DNA of 63,113 nt, filler included, from Stramenopiles sp. TOSAG23-3 (Eukaryota): the NCBI GenBank assembly GCA_900128585.1. It is 5 parts of 5 records of this genome, joined end to end, with 100 filler letters (N's around TTAATTAATTAA, not from the genome) between each part and the next. Parts side by side here need not be neighbours in the genome. Positions count along the whole stretch, not along the records: positions 1 to 15,277 come from LT642529.1; positions 15,378 to 30,592 come from LT642530.1; 3 more parts are not named here. One strand, given 5' to 3'. Shown here in pieces: positions 11,022 through 21,244 of the stretch. The number at the start of each line of letters is the position of its first letter. Within the stretch, counting starts at the first letter, position 1. Under the pieces are notes generated by a model. It did not search any database. It had not been told where the DNA came from and saw only the letters and a list, made by a program, of their open reading frames with translations. The translations under genes and the position numbers were made by a program.

Positions 11022-12467
11022 TCACTCCACAGCACCCTGCAATTGCATATTTACCTGGCGCTCTATGTCCACAAGTTCCAAATCCAATTTATCCTTGTTC
11101 ATATGTTTCGAACATTCTTCAAACTTAAGCGCAAAAGCTCTTATGGTTTCTTCTTTCACAGATTGTAGCCAGACGCAGTAGTCATCGATAAACAGCTTGT
11201 TGAACAAATATTTCGTTTCGCTTCGCTCGAATATTTTTCGTATTTTCAGGAGAGCCTTCATCAGCACCCCTTTTCCCTTTTTGAACAGGGCGACCGTGTC
11301 ACTCAAAACAACGCTCGAAAGGTCCCAGGACCGCAAGTAAGGGTAAATCAAACTCCTACGCATGCACGCAGTGGTTACTTGGGCCAACTCTTCACAGCAT
11401 TCGCTGTCTAACCATGACATCAGAGGGCTCAGTATGGATATGGTCCAGTCCGACTCTACTGTCGAATCCCCATCCGTAATCCGGTAGTCGTAGGCATAAC
11501 CAAAGCACACACTTGCCAAACCAGACAAGAGCGCAAACCCCTCCGTCCCCGTCTCGTCTATCAGGTACTCTCTGCGTGGCAAGCGAATCAAAGCCTCTCT
11601 TTCGTCTTCTGTAAAAAAACTTGTACTTTCATCGTTTTTCTTGTCGTTGCCACGAGCGCCTATGGCCATCTTGGCCATTGACGCCTCAATGTCCGTCCCA
11701 GGATCACCTTTCGGTTTCCGCTTTGCGCTTGCGTCGCTCTCCCCGTCGACGTTGCGCCAGAACGGCCTGCATGCCATGGCGCTTTGGTAGACCATGTCTT
11801 CTTTCCCGTACGCATAGTCCCCTGCATACCGCTCCAGATCAAAGTCCCCCTCTTCTTGCTCCACACGTGCACCGGTCCTATCTTTGGCGGTTGTACTGTC
11901 AGGGGATGAAACCTGAACCAGGTCCGACAGGTCCTCCCGTAGTCCTGCGAAAAATCCAGAATACCGATCGTTGAACCCATAGCTGATTTCCCCGAGCAAC
12001 GCTTCGGCTGTGGGCGCAGACACTTTTTTGTCTTCGGCGATCTCCGGTTCGGGAACGTGCTCCGCAGCCTCCGCCTGGCCCCCTTCGGCAGGGGTGGAAC
12101 TGATGATTTCAATATTAGGGCGGGCGGAAGATTTCCCCCCTAGACTCTTGATATCGATGGGGTTTGGAGCCTGCGTGAGCAGTTTGGTGAGCATGTGCAG
12201 GTCCTTAAAGCTCTCCCCGGACTGCTTCTTGGGAAGGTGCACGTGGATGGTACCGTTGTTTTCGTTTATGTCATAAACGGCTCTAGTTTTTTCATTGTCG
12301 AGCACTTCTCCAGGAAGCGTAAGCTTTAAATAGTAAGGTTTGCAGTAGAAAGAGAACAGGCTGCCCTCAATAAAAAAGTCACTCGCCGCAACACGAATGT
12401 GGGGAACACGAATGTCAATGTACACAAACTCTTCGTCCTGGCGCAAAGTGAACAGAGGAGTCGTCAT
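11022..12467 (-). CDS. SHQ1: SHQ1 H/ACA snoRNP assembly chaperone
   Basis: N-terminal CS domain MTTPLFTLRQDEEF...KPYYLKLTLP. SHQ1 domain motifs YGFN, YAYDYRITDGDSTVESDWTI, RRSLIYPYLR, LFIDDYCVWLQ. Confidence 0.92.
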   Translation of the reverse strand: MTTPLFTLRQDEEFVYIDIRVPHIRVAASDFFIEGSLFSFYCKPYYLKLTLPGEVLDNEKTRAVYDINENNGTIHVHLPKKQSGESFKDLHMLTKLLTQAPNPIDIKSLGGKSSARPNIEIISSTPAEGGQAEAAEHVPEPEIAEDKKVSAPTAEALLGEISYGFNDRYSGFFAGLREDLSDLVQVSSPDSTTAKDRTGARVEQEEGDFDLERYAGDYAYGKEDMVYQSAMACRPFWRNVDGESDASAKRKPKGDPGTDIEASMAKMAIGARGNDKKNDESTSFFTEDEREALIRLPRREYLIDETGTEGFALLSGLASVCFGYAYDYRITDGDSTVESDWTISILSPLMSWLDSECCEELAQVTTACMRRSLIYPYLRSWDLSSVVLSDTVALFKKGKGVLMKALLKIRKIFERSETKYLFNKLFIDDYCVWLQSVKEETIRAFALKFEECSKHMNKDKLDLELVDIERQVNMQLQGAVE

Positions 12468-12960
12468 CCCTCTGCACGGCTCGGCGCGAACGAAGCACTC
12501 GCCTGGCGGGAACGGAGTGGGCAGCAATTCTTCCAATACCTTTGGATGCAATGGGTAGTCCAAAGTATATGATGCAATCAACAAAATCTAGGTTATTGTT
12601 TTAATCAAATGCATCTAGATCATTCAATAAAAATAAAGAGAGTCTGGAGTTCGTTTAATTCGGTTTTCTCTTTTGCATGTTTTGTCGCGTTCTGTATTCT
12701 GTAAATGTGATAATTAAAAATTGTTGGGACGGGGGCGACGGAGGTAAGATTAGGGAGGGTATTTACCACCGTGCATGGTACAGAGCAAAAAAAAATTATA
12801 TATAATAGCATGAACACAACATAAAACAGATCGACAAGAAGAGGAGGAGGATGATGATGCCTTTTTTTCGAATAATTGTCATAAATTTTATTTTTTTAGT
12901 AATAGATAAAAGGAAATGAATAAATAATTCTCTTCAGATGTAAGTTTAACCCGTGCACTC

Positions 12961-14874
12961 TTATACATTCTTTTTCCATTCCAAATATTTGTCTCGCCAT
13001 ACTTTCAAATCTTCTACCCATTTTGTGTAGTTGTCAACGTTTCCCGCATGGTCTTTCAAAGCCACTTTGGCTTCGTCGGTGTCCATCCAATTCGCCGCCG
13101 CCCGCCTGTAGGTCCCATACAAATTGTTCAGCGCGGAGAGTAAACCTGACCTTGCAATGCGCTTCACAGTTGCGACGTACAGTATAGCATTGTAAAAATC
13201 AGGTTGGGTCATTGGGTTTACATGTTCCAGCATACGCACATCCTCTGCAGCACCCGTTTTATGATCTGCTAATATTTGTTCAAGGCAAAATATGACCATC
13301 CAATCGACAGCAACTTCATTCGCCTCAGCAAGCACTTTGCCGGCTTTTGTGAGCTTATTTAGATTCTCCGTGCCGAGATGCACGGCTTGTTCCGTGCACA
13401 ACGTCCATACGCGCAGAGCAGTACGATCCGATGCCGACAATTTGCCATCCAGTGAAAGCGATATGTAATGTACATGCGACACGTCGTTCATGAGCAATGC
13501 CGTTTTCCTCCAATTTTCTATGTTTCCTGTTTGCGTGACGCCGCCACAACTAGACTGATCGAATCGCAACATGTACTCAAGGCTTATGCGAACCGTTTCT
13601 CCTGGGTTTTCAGGGCTGATAAACCCGAAATGATGGATACTATATGCATTCGAGCCGCTTCCACCATCCGTTATGTGCCCTGGCACAGGCGAAGATTCGG
13701 AGCCGTAAGATAAAAATACTTCATTCCCTTCCGCATAGTCTTGCCCAAGGTACACGTTTACTTTGGGGTATCCCACAGGTTTGCCTTTCGCGTCGTTGTG
13801 CTCCACGTAAATCTGGTTTATCGAATTGCCATGTTCATCTGACGAAACCGCTTCATGATGATGGTTCAAAAAATCAGCAAGGGGCACGACGACGACTTCC
13901 TCGGCCGCGGTTTCTTCCCTGGACAATTTCAGACTGAACGAGCGGCTGTTAACAATCGAATACGCATGCAGAAAGCGACCTATACTGTATTCGGATTTTG
14001 CGAACACTTCTGGGTGCGAATCCAACAGGTGAACACGGATTATTTTATAAGCAGAAAAAAGAAGTTCTACCTCATTGTTCGTCATATCGATAAGCAAAGA
14101 CGATGCTGGCGTCTGCCCGGACAGAAACTGTGAAACTGCACGTGTGTGCACGATATTCTTTACAAACATTGGCAACGTTGCAATCCAAGGATAAAACTTA
14201 CTTTTCACCCCAATGTTCATTTCGTTCAGCAGACTAACTGCCAGGAACGACATTTGATCCAAATGGGGTTTCAATATTGCAATCAACCGACCTTGCTCCG
14301 TCCCACTTTCTTCCGCAGCTTTCCCAGTAAATACCAAGTTCAGAGGGATTGATAAAATCTTATCCCCACGTAAACCGTTCTTCAAAATTCTTACACCGCC
14401 GTGGCTGGTTTTCGTTCCATTAGCCTTTCCACCAATACTGTTTATTGAAATCAGAGACCCTTCAACGCTGTCGACTTCTGCCCCGTTCTCCTTTAGCCAT
14501 TGTTTTAAACGGGCCAACTTGCCCTCAAGTTTCAAACAAGGCGTTGTAGTTTTACACGCGAGGGTCTTCTGTGGTTCATCGCTACCGTCGCAACAGTCGC
14601 AAATCCCGTCGTCGACACGACTAGCATGCAGCTGTTCCCCCGTTTCCGCACAAACGAACGCATTCTCACGCCGCTGAAGAGTACTATAATAATACTTTGA
14701 CATGACAGTGTCAGCCTCGTGCATTTGCTTTGCGACTTCCTCGTGCAATGGGTTGGAACCATCCCCCCCCTCAGGAGTAGGGTCTGCCAACGCAAACTCA
14801 CCTGTGTTTCCGAACAGGGAAGTAGAAATGAACACGCAAAAACATAGAAAAATGCTTTGGATGTAGGTCGTCAT
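12961..14874 (-). CDS. Signal peptide + glucosidase II beta (PRKCSH)-like Cys domain + SETD3/Rubisco-LSMT-type SET methyltransferase
   Basis: Hydrophobic N-terminus, then VDDGICDCCDGSDE. SET motifs LKQWLKENG, SKFYPWIATLP, VNSRSF, VPLADFLNH, EVFLSYG, HFGF. C-terminal substrate-binding-like helical region. Confidence 0.8.
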   Translation of the reverse strand: MTTYIQSIFLCFCVFISTSLFGNTGEFALADPTPEGGDGSNPLHEEVAKQMHEADTVMSKYYYSTLQRRENAFVCAETGEQLHASRVDDGICDCCDGSDEPQKTLACKTTTPCLKLEGKLARLKQWLKENGAEVDSVEGSLISINSIGGKANGTKTSHGGVRILKNGLRGDKILSIPLNLVFTGKAAEESGTEQGRLIAILKPHLDQMSFLAVSLLNEMNIGVKSKFYPWIATLPMFVKNIVHTRAVSQFLSGQTPASSLLIDMTNNEVELLFSAYKIIRVHLLDSHPEVFAKSEYSIGRFLHAYSIVNSRSFSLKLSREETAAEEVVVVPLADFLNHHHEAVSSDEHGNSINQIYVEHNDAKGKPVGYPKVNVYLGQDYAEGNEVFLSYGSESSPVPGHITDGGSGSNAYSIHHFGFISPENPGETVRISLEYMLRFDQSSCGGVTQTGNIENWRKTALLMNDVSHVHYISLSLDGKLSASDRTALRVWTLCTEQAVHLGTENLNKLTKAGKVLAEANEVAVDWMVIFCLEQILADHKTGAAEDVRMLEHVNPMTQPDFYNAILYVATVKRIARSGLLSALNNLYGTYRRAAANWMDTDEAKVALKDHAGNVDNYTKWVEDLKVWRDKYLEWKKNV

Positions 14875-15277
14875 AGTAATGCCGTATGATGAAGCCAATA
14901 CACAGCGGATAAGTAATTGTACATAGTTTTCTCATGCAGAATCAAATATTCATGGGAGAAAAACGAAACAAAATTATGTTAACTTAAATGAAGGAATAGT
15001 CCTACATATATATATAAAGGAAGAACTAAGTGCTTAATTTTACTCGGGACTAATAATGTACTAATTAGTCTAAAATATATCCCCCCGCCCCCCCCCCGCC
15101 GTATTCCTTTTTTCTTTCTTCTTTTTTCTCTTCCTTCTTCTTCTTCTTCTTCTTCTTCTTCTTCTTCTTTTATCTTCTTCTTCTTCTTCTTTTATCTTCT
15201 TCAACTTTCGTTTCTTCCACAACCAAACACAATAGCATCTCGCTCCTCCCAAAAAAAAATACTATTATTAATAACAA

Positions 15278-15377
15278 NNNNNNNNNNNNNNNNNNNNNNN
15301 NNNNNNNNNNNNNNNNNNNNNTTAATTAATTAANNNNNNNNNNNNNNNNNNNNNNNNNNNNNNNNNNNNNNNNNNNN
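15278..15377. other. Artificial contig spacer N44-TTAATTAATTAA-N44
   Basis: Same 100-nt structure occurs four times; the 12-mer puts stops in all six frames. Confidence 0.98.
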
Positions 15378-15466
15378 AAGGAAGAAAGGAAGAAAGGAAG
15401 AAAGGAAGAAAGGAAGAAAGGAAGAAAGGAAGAAAGGAAGAAAGGAAGAAAGGAAGGAAAGAAGGA
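15378..15466. repeat. (AAGGAAGA)n microsatellite at contig end
   Basis: About 10 tandem 8-mers. Confidence 0.95.
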
Positions 15467-16015
15467 AACATTTAAAATAATTCAAAGAATGATGATTGAC
15501 CACCGAAACCGAAAGTCTTGTAAAAGGCACACACACAGAGAAAGGCAACACGACGATTATGTATTTAAATTATAACAGAGAAGCAATGAGGAAAGAAAGA
15601 AATCAATGAGGAAGAATGGATGGATGATGATGGACAATATGGACAACTTTTCTCATTTTTTATTTATTTTTTGTTTAAAAATAAAAAAATACTGTACTGA
15701 TTCGAGATCTTCTTCTATTTTATTTAGTCTCTATAATTAATAATAGGGTTATGATTAGGTTTGATGTAATTTGAATATTAATATGAAGACGTCGGACGAA
15801 GGAGGAGTTTTTTAATTATTTATTATTATTTATTATTGGTTCGGTTGGCCAATTTCGAACGAATTTGTTCGTACGATGAGGATGGACTTTGTAGTGTCCT
15901 TTTTTCTTCTCCATTACGATCCTGTCTTCGATATTGAAGTCGTGTACCAATCCAAAGCCAGGAACGAAACGGTCTGTCTGTATCTCGTGTGAGACCGTCT
16001 GGTTGTTTGGTAACA

Positions 16016-17950
16016 ATGGCTGGTGCAGAGAAAACGTTTGATTTTACTTCCGTCCCTATAGTGTCGACGTTGGACGTATTCCCCGAGACAGCAAGCGTCA
16101 AGAACGATAGCAGATTACCTTGGGGCATCGTAGTCCAACCGTTTTTGCCCCTTCGGTCGTTTCTTTCAAAAAAAGATATTGCGACTGTTTCTAAAACGCT
16201 CGAAAGTGACGCGGAAGCTATTCGTTGCAAAAGTTGCGACTCGTATCTGAATGCAGCCTGTAGGGCACACTCGGACCGCTGGCAGTGCGTCATGTGTTTC
16301 GAGTGGAACGACAGGGACGGCAAACGGGACAGTAGCTGGGCTACAAATTCAATAGAGTTAGATCTGCCGTGCTATGAGTACACAATAGGACTGGAGGAGG
16401 AGATAGACCCAACGTCCAGCCCCCGCCTTCGCTACGTTGCCGTGGTGGATATGACTGCCGGCGCGCAAGCCGTCGGCCAGATGCAGACGGTTTTGTTGGG
16501 CGTCGTGAGGGGTCTGCCAGCTGGGCTATGGTTTTCTCTTGTCGTCGTGACGGACACGCAGGTGGGCATTTTTGACTTGCAATCGTCGATCCCGCACGTG
16601 GCGTACGTAGACATGGAGCAAAGGGCTCCCGAGAAGCCGTTACTGGGACGGTCAAGCCTTCCGCTTCTCGACGCGCTAAATGGCCTTGACAACTTCGGCG
16701 TGTGCGTGCAAGAGCAGACGCTGCCCCTAATTGCCCGTGCTGTCCAATCACTGACTGCAGCAGCGAAGTTAAGCAATGGGAGCGCCAACCCAGTCCTCAC
16801 TGGAGCAGTATTGTCCGTTGCCGAATCGTTGGACCAGATCAACGGGGAGACGAGCACGTTCGGGGGCGCGAGAGTAATTGTGTTTACCAGTGAACGGGCC
16901 ACGCTGGATGCCCCGGCCGCCGAGGCGTTCGCCACCTTTATTTCGGGGCGTGCAGAAAGCTGCGCAAAAATTGGAATTTCGTTCGATTTGCTGAACTTTA
17001 CGATCGGCAGTGCAGGTGGTGGCCTGAACACTGCCTTGGAGACGCTCTCCCCCTTGGCACAGACGACGGGGGGATTTTTTCTGAACGTCGACGTGGAAGG
17101 GTTAAAGCGCAACGATGCGAGGGAGAACACAGTAGTCATGGAAGTTATCGGCCGTGTGGCCGCCGCTTTTAAGTGCGAACTTTCCGTCCACACCTCTGCT
17201 GGCTTCATATTGTCGCAAACCAGCGACGATCTCACGCCGATGGGGCCAGCAATCCCGTTAGAAGACCGTTCGTGGAGCGTTGGAAGGTGTGACCCAGAGA
17301 CTGCGTTCGCGTTCGACTTTGAGTTCACATCTTCAGTAGGGTTCAGCGAATACCATCGGCGCTCTGCGTTTGTCCAGTTTTCCCTGAGGCATTTTTACTT
17401 TTGCCACACACGAGGCCGGCTTCTACAGCGTGTTCGCGTTTTTACCAGAAGGTTCGAATCGGGAAGGGATTTTGCAAACATGTATGCAAACGCAAACTTT
17501 GACGGAATTTTTGGCATCATGTCGCGGAAGTTGATACAAGCTGGTGAGCGTTACGGTTTGGAGGAGGGAAAAGAGCTCATCAGCGATTGGCTCGTCGGCC
17601 TCTTCTCTCGGTTCATCAAAGAGAAAAGCGTCGACGCTGCCGTCGACCGTTTAAGCGGCGAGGCGAAATTAAAGGCCTGTGCCGGCTTGGTTAAATCGGA
17701 CGAAAAGTTGAAGTATTTGGCCCGTTTCTTGTTCGGACTGTCCCACCTGCCGGTGTTTGAAGCGTCCGCCAGCCCGAGGGACCGGTTGGAAGCCAAAATT
17801 TATGCCCTCAGTTGTTGCCCGACGTCGCTTTTAGACGAAGTTTACCCGTCACCATCAGCATTCCAAAACCAGAAAGATGAAAAACTGTTCCTGCAATGGT
17901 TTGATACATTTTGGGTAAACATCCTTGCAGAGTCTGCGAGATTGTCATGA
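16016..17950 (+). CDS. Divergent Sec23/Sec24-family protein (Zn finger, vWA trunk, beta-sandwich, helical)
   Basis: LPWGIVVQPF, RCKSCDSYLN...WQCVMC, YVAVVD, LAQTTGG, SAFVQFSL...RVRVFT. Confidence 0.85.
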   Translation: MAGAEKTFDFTSVPIVSTLDVFPETASVKNDSRLPWGIVVQPFLPLRSFLSKKDIATVSKTLESDAEAIRCKSCDSYLNAACRAHSDRWQCVMCFEWNDRDGKRDSSWATNSIELDLPCYEYTIGLEEEIDPTSSPRLRYVAVVDMTAGAQAVGQMQTVLLGVVRGLPAGLWFSLVVVTDTQVGIFDLQSSIPHVAYVDMEQRAPEKPLLGRSSLPLLDALNGLDNFGVCVQEQTLPLIARAVQSLTAAAKLSNGSANPVLTGAVLSVAESLDQINGETSTFGGARVIVFTSERATLDAPAAEAFATFISGRAESCAKIGISFDLLNFTIGSAGGGLNTALETLSPLAQTTGGFFLNVDVEGLKRNDARENTVVMEVIGRVAAAFKCELSVHTSAGFILSQTSDDLTPMGPAIPLEDRSWSVGRCDPETAFAFDFEFTSSVGFSEYHRRSAFVQFSLRHFYFCHTRGRLLQRVRVFTRRFESGRDFANMYANANFDGIFGIMSRKLIQAGERYGLEEGKELISDWLVGLFSRFIKEKSVDAAVDRLSGEAKLKACAGLVKSDEKLKYLARFLFGLSHLPVFEASASPRDRLEAKIYALSCCPTSLLDEVYPSPSAFQNQKDEKLFLQWFDTFWVNILAESARLS

Positions 17951-18377
17951 TTTGAAGTTTTAAATTATTAATAGTAATAATAGCAATTTGCTCAAGGCGC
18001 GCAACAAAACAAAAAATGCTTCTTCTATCTTGTATTATTATTATTTTTTTAACAAAAAAGTGTTTATTATATTATACATCAACACACCACCACAGCAGCG
18101 CACTTTAATTCCTTCTTCTTCCTTCTTCTGTCCGTCGGTCGGTCCGACCAATCAATTCTTTCTTCGTTCACTCCTCGTCTTTCTTTCTTGAGCGAATTTT
18201 GATGATTGCCCTAAGTATGATCGTGAACAGCTTATTCTCATCTGTTTTTTTCATACATTACACGACCCATTTGCTTGGCCCTCTTTTTTGTACGAAAAAT
18301 AAATTTGGTGGACGACACTGCACCTTTACTCCTTCCATACTCCCAATAACCACAGAAGCTGTTGTTAGCCCACGACC

Positions 18378-19703
18378 ATGTCAACCTCCGCTTCCACAGA
18401 ACCCGAAGAAACGGCGGGGCAAAAACGACATCGCGAGATTGAGGAGTCAAAAGCCGCCTCTCGCCGGAGGCGAGCGGCCACTCCGACAAGCGGAAAACGT
18501 CGGCGCCGTGGGCGTGGAGAGAAGAAAAATGTGCGTCGATCCTCGTCGCCTACGACATTGAATGAGCGCCGTGTGCGCCAGAAGGTAGGCGAAGGAAAGT
18601 CGGGGGGGCAAGATTACTACGGCATAGAAATAAAGCGGCCTGGAGGGTACGAAGAGCTGACCGTCGTGAATAAACCAGGGAAAGGAACAAGGGGCGCGAA
18701 TATTAAGATGATGAACATTCCAGAGGACGACCTAGTTGTTGTGTCGACGGACTACGCCGGTGTCAATTATGCCGACGTGTGTGTCCGGTGGGGGCTCTAC
18801 ACCAGCGCGAAGAAGTTTGTTGGTTGGCCAATAACTCCCGGTTTTGAATTTTCCGGGACAGTGATGGAAGTCGGGGCAAACGTCGTCGACCTAAATGTGG
18901 GAGATAAAGTATTTGGTGTCACAATGTTTGGTGGATACAGCAACTCCATCGTCGTTCCAAGGCACCAATTGTTTCCCGTACCCGATGAATTGACGTTGGA
19001 AGAGGCCGCGGCTTTCCCTGCTGTCGCACTGACTGCCTGGTATGCTATGTTCAAACTGTACCTGCCAGTAAAGGGACAAACCGTGTTGGTTCACAGCGCA
19101 GCCGGGGGAGTTGGATCAATGCTGGTCCAACTTGGCAAAAGCGCAGGCCTTCGCGTGGTGGGCGTAGTCGGGGCGTCCCACAAGGTGAAATATTGTTTAG
19201 AGTCGTTGCACTGCGACCATGTCATCGATAAGAGCACCCAAGATCTGTGGAAAGAAGCGAAAGCGTATTCTCCTGACGGGTACGATGCGATTTTTGATGC
19301 GAATGGGTACACGACCCTCCGCGGCAGTTACGACCATTTGGCAGCCGCTGGCAGGCTAGTGGTGTACGGTTTTCACTCCATGCTTCCAAGAAAAGGCGGG
19401 GTCCTGGGCATTTGGGAGTGGGTTCGTATGATTTATGGATACCTGGTCACGCCTCGGTTCAACCCATTGGACATGACGGCGGTGAACAAGTCGTTGCTCG
19501 CATTTAACCTTTCATTTCTTTTCGACCGCAAAAACATTTTGCAAGAAGCCATGGGCCATCTTATGACACTTGTGAAAAGCAACCGGCTGAGAGTAGCGCA
19601 GGTAAAGTCGTTTCCGATGTGCAGGGTTGCAGATGCGCACCGGACTATCGAAAGTGGGCTAAGCATTGGAAAATTAGTGCTGAACACGAAGCAGATTGTT
19701 TGA
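18378..19703 (+). CDS. VAT-1-like quinone oxidoreductase (MDR superfamily) with basic N-terminal extension
   Basis: AGVNYAD, TPGFEFSG, FGGY, VLVHSAAGGVG, IFDANG, GKLVL. Confidence 0.9.
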   Translation: MSTSASTEPEETAGQKRHREIEESKAASRRRRAATPTSGKRRRRGRGEKKNVRRSSSPTTLNERRVRQKVGEGKSGGQDYYGIEIKRPGGYEELTVVNKPGKGTRGANIKMMNIPEDDLVVVSTDYAGVNYADVCVRWGLYTSAKKFVGWPITPGFEFSGTVMEVGANVVDLNVGDKVFGVTMFGGYSNSIVVPRHQLFPVPDELTLEEAAAFPAVALTAWYAMFKLYLPVKGQTVLVHSAAGGVGSMLVQLGKSAGLRVVGVVGASHKVKYCLESLHCDHVIDKSTQDLWKEAKAYSPDGYDAIFDANGYTTLRGSYDHLAAAGRLVVYGFHSMLPRKGGVLGIWEWVRMIYGYLVTPRFNPLDMTAVNKSLLAFNLSFLFDRKNILQEAMGHLMTLVKSNRLRVAQVKSFPMCRVADAHRTIESGLSIGKLVLNTKQIV

Positions 19704-19964
19704 GTTTTGTCCAGAGATTTTATATGATAAAAACAAAAATTAATATTTCACTGCCCAGACATTTAACAATTAAAAAAAGAACAAAAATATATATTGAAAA
19801 TATACACTTTTAAAGAATTCAGAAACTTTGAAAAACAAATTAATATATAAATTTAAATTTTAACACCGCGGGAGTATTTTGTGAGGAAACTTAATTTTAG
19901 TGGCATCGCATCATGTACTAACAACCACCCCACCAAAAACTCCAAGCTCGGTTTTTCGCATTCT

Positions 19965-20663
19965 TCAGGGAGAAAACACTTCACTCATATCTACATTCAT
20001 AATCTGGGCTTTCATTTCTGCCCGAATACGCCTGGTCACCTCCCCCTGTATGATTCTCTCGCGATCAACCTGCTGCTCAGGAGTTTTGCATCTAGGCGTC
20101 TCCCCGTCGCTCTCAGACTCTCTCGCGAGATCTTCGTAATTCAGTTTCTTTATAGGCTTCAATTTACTACCATTCTTCATCCCAGTATTTACCCCATCTC
20201 CGTACATTTCTTTTCTTAATTCTTCCTTCTGTTGTCGTTTCAATATCTTCACCGTTCTTTTATCAATCGGCTTTTGGAACTTTTTCTCAATGATGTCTGC
20301 TTCTCTGTGCAACCCTTCTTTGCGCAATATGTCAAGAACGGTTTGGTCATCTTTGTCTTTTGCCCACCATGTCCAGCCTTGTTTTAGGAGAAGTACCACA
20401 GTAGAGACGTGGCCTTCGAAAGCAGCGGCGTGCATTGCCGTGAATCGATTTGATCCATATCTAGTATCGCACCAATCTCTCGCGTAAGTTGGAGAGATGC
20501 GGTCCACCAGCATCACTTTGTTTGTATTTTTGTCCTTCTCCAGCGTTAACCCCCAGTCCAGAACTTTCTTTATCATCACGTATCCATTTCGCTGCTGAGC
20601 CACTTCGATCAAGCAGTTGTTATGGTTGTAAACGCTTGCTTCATGAGTGGGCCCTGCGGCCAT
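19965..20663 (-). CDS. Ankyrin-repeat protein
   Basis: FTAMHAAAFEGHVSTVVLLLKQG...KDKDDQTVLD. First ATG at 20663. Confidence 0.75.
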   Translation of the reverse strand: MAAGPTHEASVYNHNNCLIEVAQQRNGYVMIKKVLDWGLTLEKDKNTNKVMLVDRISPTYARDWCDTRYGSNRFTAMHAAAFEGHVSTVVLLLKQGWTWWAKDKDDQTVLDILRKEGLHREADIIEKKFQKPIDKRTVKILKRQQKEELRKEMYGDGVNTGMKNGSKLKPIKKLNYEDLARESESDGETPRCKTPEQQVDRERIIQGEVTRRIRAEMKAQIMNVDMSEVFSP

Positions 20664-20716
20664 TGAAGAAGTAAGCGGTTTAAACTCTCGTAGATTATTC
20701 ACTGATAGGGTTTCGC

Positions 20717-20830
20717 CCAAATTTCAAGTGTGCTATCAAAATTAAGAAGTGGACCCAAATTTCAACTGTGCTACCAAAAGTAAGAAGTGAATCCAATTTT
20801 TAATTGTGCTACCAAAAGTAAGAAGTGAAA
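20717..20830. repeat. 3 x 38-bp tandem minisatellite upstream of the ankyrin gene
   Basis: Units start at 20717, 20755 and 20793; core TGTGCTAYCAAAA.TAAGAAGTG. Confidence 0.92.
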
Positions 20831-21244
20831 ACTCAAACAGAAAGGCACTGGAAGAATATTATCTCTATGGGACATTCTTGGAACTTGTGTGAAAAAATAG
20901 AAGAAAGAAGTATAAGTTAAATAAAATCATCTGTCATCATATAACATATTTACAGAATTTGTTCAAAAACTTTGTAATTTATTTCACTCATATATATATG
21001 ATGTGCATTATTATATATATGCATTATTGTTGTAATATACATATAATATTATTTCTCCAACCTTTCTTCTTCTATAATATAAAAATATAATAATAATTAA
21101 TAATAAATAAATTAAAAAAGAAATAATCAAAAAAACGTTCTTCTTCCCTGCACCACTCTCCTTGTTTCGCGATGGCAAGTTTACCAATGAGCACTATATA
21201 TCGATTGCATAACATTCATTCGAAGATGAAATGCGTATTTAATT

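Noticed and set aside
15278-15377. TTAATTAATTAA palindrome recurring about every 15.3 kb
   Set aside because: Fixed N44 flanks and contigs in decreasing length order show it is an artificial joiner, not biology.
20717-20830. CRISPR-like periodicity
   Set aside because: Units are directly tandem with no unique spacers, and there are no cas genes in this eukaryotic context.
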